Origin: Lama glama
Taxonomy: Eukaryota
Direction of reading: 5' to 3'
DNA length: 64,000 nucleotides
Assembly: GCA_028534125.1 (NCBI GenBank)
Contig: CM052818.1
Span: 44,890,001 to 44,954,000, forward strand
Every line of letters starts with the position of its first letter. The stretch's first letter is position 1. Under the pieces are notes generated by a model that had not been told where the DNA came from, made no database searches, and saw nothing but the letters and a program-made list of their open reading frames with translations. Below are positions 1 through 11,805 of this stretch, piece after piece. Both the position numbers and the translations under genes were made by a program.

Positions 1-689
1 TTTTTCTGGTTGTTAAGTTGTTTAAGTTGGGAGGTGGGGCAGGTGGTTAAATCCATTCCCTCTTATTCCATCTTGAAGGTAATAGATATTTTAACTTTAT
101 CCCTTAAATGTTAAATAAAAACCCATTATCATACTAGAGTAAGACCTCTATGAAATAATTTTATTGTGTGCCATAATTTATGTAAAGTGTTTATCACAGC
201 ACTGGCACGTAGCAGAACTGTTTCTATTGTTACCTTTATAATCTCATCAAAGGGTCTAATGTTGGTGTTTTTCTTAAATTTAAATGTTAATTGGAATTAA
301 TTACAACTGCACCATGAGACAGTGTTATTGAAGGAACTTGGTAGTGGTAAAGAACATAAAAAAGTAGATCAGTTATGGCAGAGATTCCTACTGGCTCAAA
401 TATCTACTTCTGTAGTGGTAGAACACCCAAGATTTAGTTGGTTTGAAGTGAATGGAATAAAGACTGTATATGTAAATACACCTTATATACACATATATGT
501 ATATTTTAACGTATATATGTGTTTAAAAAGATGTATTTTTAGTGGTTTCTGTTGCAGTGTGTGATTTGGCCACATGAGTAAGTTAAGGCTTACAGAATGT
601 GGACATAAGTTTTGTAAGTAGAACTGAGGAAGAATCCTAATAGGGAGCTTATGTATCCTTTTCTTGTCATTTATTTAATGGCTCATGTT

Positions 690-865
690 GGTGCTTGCTA
701 TCCCACACCATGATGTGTCACAGCCGATCAAGGGTGATGGTATCAAAGCTGAGAAACCTGGGTCCCTGATGATCATTGAAACTACTATATTGACCCTTAA
801 CTGTTTTGAGACAGACATAAAGACACCGAGGGGCATTTTCTATCTCTTGCAACTGAACTTTGTTC
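690..865 (+). mobile_element. Degraded MaLR LTR fragment (MLT1J/K-like)
   Basis: 'gaaacctgggtccctgatgatcattgaa' and the ending 'ttttctatctcttgcaactgaac' resemble old MLT1 3' ends. Confidence 0.45.
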
Positions 866-1024
866 ACACTGGTAAGATACTTAAAAATTACCATTATTTC
901 TTTAATATTGCCAAGGAAATAATGTGTTTAGAAATGTGTAGCAAAGGGCAACTTGTTTTTTTAATAGCTTTAAAAATTAATACTTATTCTTTATTAGCAT
1001 TCCTTTTATGTATATGTCTTGTGT

Positions 1025-1185
1025 TTTACGACATCATTTCATTTCCTTCATGTCTTTTTCACAACAATCCTGCAGTGTTGTATTATTATCTTTGTTTACT
1101 GATGCTGTTGAAGTTTAGAGAAGTTACGTAACTTGGTAGTAGTGGTAGAGTTCATATTTCCATTTCAGGTCTGTCTGACTCAAAA
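1025..1185 (-). mobile_element. MIR SINE fragment
   Basis: 'tcacaacaatcctgcag...tattattatc...gaagtttagagaagttacgtaacttg...caggtctgtctgactcaaa' is the reverse MIR core. Confidence 0.75.
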
Positions 1186-2396
1186 AAAAAATCTCACTTT
1201 TTTTTAGTAAGCCATGTCTTTTCTAACACCTTTGTTGTAAATCTTTATTTTTGAGACAATTTCTGGTTGGTAAATTAATTTCTGTTCTTTGGGGATGCCC
1301 TGCACAAGTGACTAATTGTTTTAGGCCACTATTTCTTTTGTTTATTAGTGAAGAATGAGAAGTTACTTTTCCTGAATCTGCAAAGTTGAAGACTACCATA
1401 AACCCTAGACTAGTGGTAATTTAACATTAAGGTCTATATCATAGATGATGATGATTCTGAAGGTCTCAACCTAGCCTTTTCCTTAAGTCATTTAACTGTG
1501 CTAATGTTCTTTGTGAGTTAAAGGGTTAGTTTTGGGCATGTTTGGCTTTAAATTACTGTACTTAAGATCTGATGAATACACCTTGACTCTTGTAGTTTAT
1601 TCTTAGTCTGTTAAATTTGTTGAGAAATTTTGATACTTTTTTTGGTTTTCATTCTCTTTGTTTTAGCTTCATCTTATGTTCGGTAGTGACATAATAGTAA
1701 TCACAGGACAAACACATCACTTCCTAGGATCTTAAGCATTACTTAAAATACATGATCATGTAGAACATTTACTTAAAGAAATTTAATTTTTGTAATCTGT
1801 TACGAAAAATATTTTTAAAGCCTGAGTGTTCTAGAATCTGGCTTACTTGTTATCTCTAAAGTGAAATGACAGCTGATTGCATACCTGAAGGAGAAATTCA
1901 CTAGTGGAAGAGACATATTCCAGAACTATTGAGAATAAGTCCTTGTTTGTATAACCTTTTAGTTTGTTGAATCTTTCCTTTTTTGGAGTACAGGAAATTA
2001 AATACTATGGAAGAATTTGCCATTCCTAGCTGATCACACATTCATTATGCTGTAGAAGTTCCTAATGCTACTTTTATTATTTTATAAACCTGGCATGATT
2101 TTTCTTTTTAGTAGTGGACAAAGTATAGATGTAAATTTAACAAGAAAAATTGTTTAAAATGGATAATGTTATATATATAAATGTAAACTCTGGATTTTTT
2201 GGGGCCTATCCATTGCCTCCTTTCACCAACCTCTGATACTGGATATATGTAGGGGTTTTTTTCCCCCGCCCCATTGTTTTACTTTTACAGTACTTAACCT
2301 ACTTTTCCAGCTTTTCAAGTTTGAGGCCTGTCAGTTGAGGGTGGTTGTACTGAGTAGTTCTTTTTAACTGCCTTAGAATTGTACCCAAATATGCCT

Positions 2397-2550
2397 CTGC
2401 CCAATATGGTTAGCCACCAGCCACGTGGCTAAGTTAATTAAATTAATTAAAATAAGTTCAGTTCCTCAGTTGCATCAGTCTTATATCAAGTGCTCAGTGG
2501 TTCCATGAGGCTAGGGACTACCATATTGGACAGCACAGAAGTAGAACATC
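2397..2550 (-). mobile_element. MER3 (hAT-Charlie MITE)
   Basis: 'ccaatatggttagccaccagccacgtggct...ttcagttcctcagttgca...tcaagtgctc...ctaccatattggacagcacag', with internal inverted repeats. Confidence 0.85.
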
Positions 2551-3595
2551 TATTGAGTATCTGAAATGCCAATAATCAGATTGCGACCTGAACAAGGTAC
2601 CTAGTGTGATACTTATTATTTATTATTTTAGGTATGTATCATTTAATAATGTAATTATTGGTTTTAATTTTTGGCACAGGTTGTTTAGAAAAGTGAGGTC
2701 TTTAATCTCTACATATATGCCTCCTTAACACTTTCATGTATATTTTATATACAAATGTATATTTTGAGGAAATTTTCAGAAGTCATTATATAGTGTTGCC
2801 TAGTTAACAGATAAGACTTCGTTTTTTGTTAAATGGCTTGCCAGAAAAAAACTATGGATATCTTTTTAGATGTTTATTACATTCCTGATTATAAGAATAA
2901 TATGTGGTTTTATAGAAAACTGGAAAATATAAAGAATAAAACATAAAAACTTTTAACTACCTAGAGGTAATTACTCTTACTGTGTTTTGGGTTTTTTTCC
3001 CTTTGCTGTTTCTCTAATTTGCTAATTCAGTCTTAATTTTCAAAAAAATAAGCTATTGGGAATGTACCTCAGATATAGTTTATCCTTAGCATGGTAGTAT
3101 AAGGATTTCCCTATGGTGGTGTTAGTTTTTTCTTAAACTTCGAAGCAAATATACCACAATACTGAATATAATTTGGATATGGTGTTCTGTGTAATGGTGC
3201 TTTTTGTTTTGTAACACTGATTACAGGGGTATGTCTATAACTTGAATATAATCCTTTTAACAAATTTTCACCTTTTATGGTAATTATTTGCTTTGAGTTT
3301 TTGATTTCTACTAGTGTATAAGCCACTTGAGTTTAAGGACTATGCCTCGATTATCTTAGATCTTTTTTGCAATAAGACAAGATTTAAGTAAAGTTATTTT
3401 GCTTACATTTACATCCCCAATTTATAGCACTCGGCCTGGCCTGTGGATGAAAATATACATGAAATTTAATGAAAGAATAATTCAGTTTTTTGGATGTATT
3501 CCTTGCCTTTAAGGACTATAGTCTCATTTGTAATATACATTTTTTCCCCCTTTTTCTGAAGGTCTTTTCTTGGGAAGAAGTTTTTGGATATGCCA

Positions 3596-3643
3596 TTTAA
3601 GGAGATGAATATGTTTTTAAGGAGATGAATATGTTTTCAAGGA
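3596..3643. repeat. 20-bp tandem duplication
   Basis: tttaaggagatgaatatgtt occurs twice exactly (3596-3635), followed by partial ttcaagga. Confidence 0.9.
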
Positions 3644-4989
3644 CATCCATATTTAAGCATCGTATTTGCTGGGCTTTATCACATGCCACAATATGGTTTA
3701 GCTATTTGCAGAACGTCTTTAGTGGCAAACACAAAATGGTGAATCATAGGTGTTGGGATACTGGCCAAATATAGTTATAATATGGCTTTTGTAACTCTTA
3801 AAAGTTACAACTTTTTAATACACAGCACCATGAAAAGCAGAATTAATGATATGTATAGTTAATATTTTGTTTTCTAAACTTACTAGATTTGATGGCTTGT
3901 AAAATGTGGAAAATATGAAACCTTATTTTATTCATGAAATGTAGTGTGTTATATGTTGTAAATTATTTTGGTGCCAGCAAATGTAGTCCTAAACCATTCA
4001 AATGATATTTTAAATGTACTTAACAGTACTATGTTTCAATGAATAATAGTAACTAAAAAGCCAGTATATGTATACAAAGTCTGAATCAGTTCATTTATAG
4101 AACATGTAGACAAAGCAGATAGGTCAATCAAAATTGTTAAAAAGGAGAGCAGCAAGTTGAAACACACTGTAGTGAAGTTTTTAATTGGCTATGTTGGACT
4201 ATGAGGAGAGCATTTTTGTTACTCTGAAATGCAAATTATTGACTGAATAATTTTTCTTATTCATTTAAAAATGTTTTATTCATTGAACAATATACCTTTT
4301 TCATATTTCTATAGTTACATTTAAATCTACTTCATTCTTCTTAATAGCTATGTAGTATTCCTTTGGATATATATTATAAATTACCCATTACTCCCACTAA
4401 AGGACTTTTAAATCATTTTAATAACATATCTAGGCATCAAAGGATATTCTTTCAAGTACATATTTATATATTTATACAGGTTCTAGGAAAAGGCTGGAAT
4501 TTATTTTTTGTTATTTCTGACATTTCAATTAGTGTTACATATTTTTATACTAAGAACAAAATATGTTTATAATTATAATGAAAAACTTTCCTTAAAAAGT
4601 TGGTTAAATATTTGGAGGAAAAATGAGGTTATTTTCTCATTTTAAAACATGCATCAAAATAAATTCCAAATAGTTGGGGTTGGGGATAAAGATAAAATGA
4701 AAAACCATAAACAAAATGAAGCTATGTGAAATGTCTGTCTGATCCAGACATAATTGATATGAAAGCAGTCATAAAGAATTTTAGTTCTTATTTGCTGAAA
4801 GTGAACAAAACTAAAAGAGAAAGAAAGTTAAAAGATAATAAACTAGGAAAACCATATGCCCCAAAAGACAGATAATGCAATAATATTCTTAATTTAAAAC
4901 CTTGTGTAATTTTACCATACAACCTCAGATATCAATAGAAATATATTTTAAAGGTTTTAGACAATTCACTGAAGGGCATGGTTGTGTCT

Positions 4990-5620
4990 AATCTGTCTAT
5001 TGAAATCTAAATTTCACCTATTTTAAGTTGTAGAAGTCTCATTTGGTCATTTGATAAAATTTCAGGTTCTCTGCTGAAATTCTCCATCTTATCTTGAATG
5101 TATTTATAGTGGTGATTTTGAATTTTGTGTTATATTTCTGGGTCTGTTGTGAGTCTGCTTTTTTTTTCAATTTCTCTAGTTTTATGATAGTTTTATCTTC
5201 TGGTATGACTCCTAATGCTTGACTGACTGCTGGACATTGTATATGAAATCTGCTTAAATTAATTAGGTAATGTTATCTTTGAAATTTTCAGAGATGATTT
5301 ATATGTTTTTTTCTGTTAAAGGATTGAGGCAGATCACTTTAATCTGTTTAGTGATTGAACTGATTTGAGGCAGATTTTCAGTCTTTTGAGGGTTAGCCTA
5401 TTTCTGTTTTTTTCTTATTTATTCCTAGGGTGTAGCCCTTTCATGCTTGGGCTTTCCTTCTTTGTGAGTCTACAACTCTGAATTTCTGTGTTCCCAACCC
5501 CGTGAGAGTGCTGGAAGCTCTCTTCAGCTTCTCAACTTCTGAGCTGCAGCTTTGTAGTCAAATTTAGGCACACCTCCTTGTGCCTCCTTCCCTTCTCTCC
5601 AGTTTTAGTCTCAGTCTTTA
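4990..5620 (-). mobile_element. Old L1M fragment
   Basis: T-rich sequence with 'ttctctgctgaaattctccatctt' and 'gactgctggacattgtatatga', typical of reverse old L1 internal regions. Confidence 0.55.
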
Positions 5621-7894
5621 GGATTGGCTTGTAACATTAAGCCTATGATTGGTAGAGGTAGAAATCTCCCTGTTACACTGTCCATAAATTATGTATTTCT
5701 TTTTTCAGAGTCTCAGTTCAGTGTACCAGATACGGAATTTTAGAGGTCTGATATATCACAATTATTCTTATGCTGAATTCAGTGCCAGTTGAGAGTTGGA
5801 GGAGTAAGTTAGATAGAGATCTAAATGAATTTTTGATAAAATCTAGGATATAGGTTCAGAAATGGAACAAGATAGGCTCATTGTTCTGAGTAGAGTTGGA
5901 CTCTTCCAAAAGATAGCTCTCTCTTACAGAGGTGGAATCTTCCTTACTGGTGTATCACAAAAATGTGAGTAGCTGAGAATTAGTGTGTATCAGTTATATG
6001 GATCAAAATTCTAGAAAATTAAGTAATTTAGTGTAACTTAAAATAATTGTCAAGCAGTCAATCACTGTTTGTTATATACAACTGATGATTATTCCTTCAA
6101 TAGAACTTACGTTTTTATAAGTTTTGGCCCTAAAGGATGGATTTATATTAAGTTGTAATGTTGAATATGCTAGGATATAAAACATTGTTTTGTATTCTCA
6201 AGAATAATTACAGAATGGAATATTTTGTGGTAATTATTTTTGCAATATTATGGCCTTTATATGATTTGGTTATTTGCCTTTTAAATTGAGACTTTATCTA
6301 AGAGGCAGTGACTTGTGTGCCCTAAGAATTCTCTCAGTGTTGCATATATTTTGTTGGCAATTATGAAGTCTGAACCACATGACTAAGCACTGTAAGTACA
6401 GGAATCTCCTTCCCATTTACAGTTTGCTTGACTTTTGATACCAACTCCAACTTTAACCTTAAAGAAATTTTTTTTCTTATTGTAGGAAAGACTTTACAGT
6501 AATGGCCAAACTCATGTTTAGAATTTCCTGAAGGGTACAGTCAGTAGTCATACTAGGTAACACAAATATTGTTAAGCTACTTCCCTTAAAAAAATTCACC
6601 ACATTTTGGGATCAGAATACCATAACATGGACTAAAATGGAAGGAGAAATAAAATATGCTAATACTTGTTACAGGGAAATTTACCAGGAAAAGAAAGTAT
6701 CTTTAGCCATTTTAGTTTGACTTTTATTTTACATTGTTAGTTCAGAGCATTCATAAAATCCCTCAAAGAAAAAATGTTGACATGGCTTTTATATTAAATG
6801 ATTGGTTTCACACTTAGGAATATTAAACTACATATTTGTGTTTTTTTTTATTTTTTGTTATTATTTTTTGGCAGTTGATGAATAGAGGGACTGAAATAAG
6901 GTTTCTGGGTAAAGAACCCTAATTTGTAATGCTATTTCTGTTGAAAATTAGAATTGGATTTAATACATTTGGATTTCATTCACTGTTAGGTTGTACGATG
7001 GATGGGGGTCATGTATGTAGCTCAATTAATGATTATCAAACCATGTTTATTAATATATATGTACACATGCACATGAATATAGTTTTTGTGTGTGTATGTG
7101 TTTCATTTTTAGAAGTATTGGATTAGGATCAGGTATGTTTGTTATTTAGAAATTTCTTTAAGATAATATTGTCTGTCATTATGGTAATGATTATTCAAGA
7201 AAGCAAGGTCAAATGTATTACCTGGTGGCACAGGAGAAAAACAATTTATAAAATAAGATGCTACCAACTTAACCACTTTATACATAGAAACCATAAGATC
7301 ATTCTGCAGATTTTTGAATTTCACTTTTTTCCTAAGTACAAATGATTCAGTATGTTTTATAATACTTTAAACTAATTGAGATCATTGTGGTTAGCTTAAT
7401 TATGGTCTTGGTAGTTTTTCAAGGAAATGTAGTAATAAATATCAGAGGCCTCTAGGAATGTCTCTTGGTTTATACCATTGACTTAATTTAAATATGAGTT
7501 TGCTGTCATTTTTCCACAGAGAAAATTTGATTTCTCTATATATCTGTTTTTCAGTCAAGTCTGGTACAGTTAATTCTTGTCTGTCTGCCTTTGTATTGTT
7601 TATACTGTACGTTCTGCATGCTGTTGGTAGATATTTTCTTACTGTTTTAGCTGGCTGCCATAGTACCACTTTGCTTTCTGATGGAAATAGGTTTACTCAC
7701 TAAGCTCCTTAGAGCAGGGACATTATCTCATTCATTTATGCTACAGACATACTTGTTGAAATGATATCCCAGAACTATCAAATTAACAGTGGAGTTCTTT
7801 TTACCTATTTTAGTATTCCCTTGCTGTGACTGAGAAACTGAGCTTATTTTGTAATTGTATATTAAGTTGTTTGTGTTCCAAGGACTTGTGTATG

Positions 7895-8300
7895 TTCGGT
7901 CACTTAATAAATATTTATTTAGCAAATACCACATGTCAAGCCTTGGTTTAGGCCTGATTTAGGCCTGAATTAGGCCTTGAGAATGTAACAGTGAACAAAA
8001 TAGATAAAAATTCCCTGCCATCAGTTTACATTTTAATAAGGAGCCAGATAGTAATAATAATTAAGTTAATTGTAGGTAAGATACTGATTTATGGTAAGGA
8101 GGAAAAAGTAAAACAAGGAGGAAGATATGAATAAATAGAGTATTGACAATTTTGATAGTAAGATCTCCCTGAAAAGGTGACTTTTAAGTAAAGACTTGGT
8201 AGAAGTAGGAGAGCTAGCCGTGCACAGACATGGATGTGCGCATTCCAGACAGAAGGAAATAGCAAATCTAAAGGCCATGAATCAGAAACATGCCTTGGTG
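7895..8300 (-). mobile_element. L2 LINE 3' end
   Basis: 'aataaatatttatttagc...cagtgaacaaaatagataaaaattccctgcc...ggtgactttt...cattccagacagaaggaaatagcaaatctaaaggcc'. Confidence 0.85.
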
Positions 8301-8304
8301 TGAT

Positions 8305-9390
8305 TTTTTTTTTCTAAGGTACTATTTGGAAACGATTTAATATAGAAAAGTTCAGAAAATGTCTGCATACATTTTGCTTAGTGACCTCATTCTGGTTTTG
8401 TTAATTGCCCACATAATGTTCTGAGACGAAAAGGATCTAATCCAGGATCATGCATTGATTCTAGCTTTCATGTTTCTTTAATCTCCTTCAATTTGGAACA
8501 GCTCCTCAGTCTTTCTTGATTTTCATGCTGTTCACATATTGAAGATTACAAGCCACTCATTTTGTGGAATATCCCTCAATTTGGTTTCTCTAATGTTTCC
8601 TGATGACTGGACCCAAGATATGTATTTTTGGCTGCAGTTTCACAGAAGTGATGTTGTTTTCTTCTTAATGAATCCTTTTTGGTGGCATATAGTTTATCCC
8701 ATTAGGTAGTGTTAACTTTGATCATTTGATTAAAGATGATGTCTGTCAAGTTTCTAGTTACCTCCTCCGCTTTGTAATTAGTAAGTATTTCATGGGGAGG
8801 TATTTTGAGACTATGTAAAATCATGTTTCTATTCCCACTTTAATCCACTAGTTTTAGCATTCATTAATGTTTTTCACCTGAATTAATTTTTACCATGGTG
8901 GTTGCCAAATGGTGATATACTAATTCAAGTATTCCTTTTATATTCTTTAGTTGACATTTTACTGTAGGAAAGATAATTAATTAATTAATATCAATTTATT
9001 TATATCAGGAATTCCTATTTCATTCAGTGGGTTATACCCCATTAGTGTTGTTTATCATTGAACTCAAATTGTCCCAGATTTACCACTGGGAGCCCTTTCA
9101 AGCTGGCTTGTATGTTTTATTTGACATGTTCCCATCAATCTCTATGTACTTTTTTAAAAAAAAACTTTTATCTTGAAATAATTATAAATACACAGGAAGT
9201 TGCAAAAATAATACAGAATGGTCCAGTGTACCCTTCACCCAATTTCCTCCAATGTTGATACTTTTCATAACTATAGAACATAATCAAAATTTGGATATTG
9301 GCATTGTTACAGTGCATATGTATAGTTCTGTGTAATTTTATCACCTGTGCACCTCCTTGCTTTTGGCACAAGGTGCTACATGCTCATCTG
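8305..9390 (-). mobile_element. L1MC4/5-like 3' region with a nested L1MB-like 3' end (about 9160-9350)
   Basis: 'ccaggatcatgcattg...aatctccttcaatttggaacag...gaatatccctcaatttgg...ctcaaattgtcccagattt'. Interrupts the L2. Confidence 0.75.
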
Positions 9391-9399
9391 TAAAAGGGT

Positions 9400-10330
9400 A
9401 AGACACAGTTTTGGAAATTGTTACTGAAGTATTTATTAGACACTCAGATTAGCTGCATATCAAATAGGCAAGTGGAGATAATGCGTGTGGAATTTAGGAT
9501 TTTAGGCATCTTGAATAGAGATAATGAATTTGAAAGCCAAAGTACTTAAAGATGGAGTGAGTGGATTTAAAAGAGAAGAGGCCTAAGTCAAGTTTAGCTC
9601 TGGGGGTGCAAGTAAGTACTGAGTAGAGAGAGAGTTGGATTTAACCAGTGATGTAGTTTTTCCATGAGAGTATGCTTAAGTGAGAGGAGCATGAGGGTAA
9701 GCACAGGGCAGTGATTATGATGGTTGACTAGAATTTAAATTAAATAAAGAGTAAACATAGTGGTGGGGAGGATGAAGGACAGTAGAAAATGATAGGATCT
9801 GGATTCAAGGTCCTTGTTGAGTCAAAAGATTGTTGGAGTTGAAATATTAGAGTGAGCTGGAAAGATAGGTGGTAGTCAATGAGCAGGATATTTAAAATTG
9901 AGGTTATGAAGGTGTTATAATTATTGGTAACAATAAGTTTAAGGAAACCACAGGAGTGACTACTAAGGGTTTAGGAGGATATCTGAGAGTATAATGACAT
10001 CCCAAGAACTATGACAGGATTAGTGCTTGAGAGCGTGACTGTGAGCAAGAAAAGAAAATCTTTAGAGACTGAGGGTTAGTGATGGTTGGGGGTGGAGGGC
10101 CGGTCATTAAAAGGGGTGGTAGATGGCCGATGGTGTGTTTCAAAGCTCAGGGTTTGCGGGAAAGGAAGGACAAAGAGTGGTCTAAGAGTGACTACTAGGA
10201 GCAAAGAAATGCCTATCCCACCTTCAGTTTCCACCATTTGAGAGGGTTGTAATGTAAGATGTAGTATCATCAAGGGGAAAAATAAGGTTTTAGCTAGAGC
10301 AACAAGGTGAAAGGGATGGTCATAAAAGTT
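9400..10330 (-). mobile_element. L2 internal region (continuation)
   Basis: Purine-rich sequence with 'tattagacactcag...caaataggcaagtggagata', typical of reverse L2. Confidence 0.6.
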
Positions 10331-10449
10331 CAAGATAATGCTTGAATTGCATATCTATGTAAATAATACTAGCATAAATACCTGCTTTCTTACTTTAGTA
10401 AGTGTAACTTACTTCTATTTTAGATGATTGTATCACCAGTCTTTTTGTT

Positions 10450-11720
10450 GGTATCTGATTTAATATTTGAGAACAGACTCTGTGTAAGGTATTATGGCAG
10501 AAACATTAGAAAAATCAAATTAAATTAGAAGAATTCTGCACTTAAGGGATTTATAGCTAATAGATGTGATACATTTTGTACAGAAATAACTAGTATAAGT
10601 AGAAAGTGACATTTTCCTTGAAGAACATGTAGTATGTCAAAGTTCAGAAGATGGGAAATTTTTATCCTGGAGTGTCAAGGAAGGTTTCATGGAAATAAGT
10701 TGCATTTGAGCTGGTCTTGAAGCAGAGATAATATTTGGTAAGTAGAGATAATCATGAAGAACATTTTCTTAGTTTAGCACTTAGTCACGGTACATGGTTA
10801 CACCTCGACAAATGATGAGTAAGTGTTGAATGTTCTGTGATATGAAAGACTGATGTGAGCGAAGTTATGAAGGTAGAAAAATCAGTGTGAAAGGTTAAAG
10901 TTTTGTTGGTCTAGACAGTTCTATCAGCTAGATATAATGTGAGCCAAATATAAAATCTAAATTTTTCTAGTAGCTGTATTTTTAAAAACAGAAAGCTGAA
11001 ATTAATTTTAATAATATATTTAATTTAATATAACCAAAATATTATTTTAACATATAGTCAATATTAAAAATTATTAATGAGATAGTTTACATTCTTATTT
11101 TGGCACTAAATCTTTGAAATGTAATGTGTATTTGCATTTACAGCATATCTCATTTTGGGCTAGCACGTTTCAAGTGCTCAGTGGCCCCATGTAGCCAGTG
11201 GCTTCTATATGGGGTAGTACAAATCTAGAGCAAATATGAATGAAGAGCAGTAGAATAGTGGGAAATAAGATTGGAGAAGGTTGATAGGGCCTTCTACAAA
11301 GAATTTTGATTGCTGGTTAAGGATTTTAAACTTTATTCTCTAAGCATTTGTGGGCTGTTGAATAATTTTAAGGAAACATACAGATTTAAATGTCAAGAAG
11401 ATTGACTAGTCATTAGTAGACTGGAGATGGGCTGGAGCAGAGAGTGATTAAAGGCAGGGAAACTAGTTAGTAGGTAAGAAATAATGAGAATCTGAGCAAA
11501 ACATGATAGGGAATGGAATGGAAAAGGGAGCTGCTGCAAGACCTTAGGGGAAGTATCTGCAGTACAGAGGGGATGACTTGATATAAAGAACAATGAGAAG
11601 GATTTCTGAATCTGACTTACATAAGATGGCACTGCTTATTAGATATAGACTAGGTAAGATTTGAATGAGAAAATATGAATTGTTTTGGAAATGTTGATAT
11701 TAAGATGCTGGCTAAATATT
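10450..11720 (-). mobile_element. L2 fragment interrupted by MER33
   Basis: 'caaggaaggtttcatggaa...gcatttgagctggtcttgaag' and 'ttaaggattttaaactttattct...aggcagggaaactagttagtagg'. Confidence 0.65.
10917..11222 (+). mobile_element. MER33 (hAT-Charlie MITE), near full length
   Basis: 'atataatgtgagcca...tgaaattaattttaataatatattt...attattaatgagata...tttcaagtgctcagtggccccatgtagccagtggct'. Flanked by gTCTAGAc (10909-10916) and aTCTAGAg (11223-11230), the Charlie NTCTAGAN target motif. Confidence 0.88.
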
Positions 11721-11805
11721 TATTTACACTAGTTTACTTGGATTATAAAAAATAAAAAATGTTTACCTTTAAGGATAATAAAAAAAATCCCTTAGTTTAA
11801 GGAAT

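Noticed and set aside
322..1131. ORFs of 80 aa and 148 aa near the window start
   Set aside because: No recognisable domain, composition typical of AT-rich DNA, and the longer one overlaps MLT and MIR remnants.
7947..7980. Short tandem repeats such as (ttaggcctga)x3, the 20-bp duplication at 3596 and the 18-bp duplication near 13888, as a CRISPR-like array
   Set aside because: No unique spacers and a eukaryotic intron context; these are simple slippage duplications.
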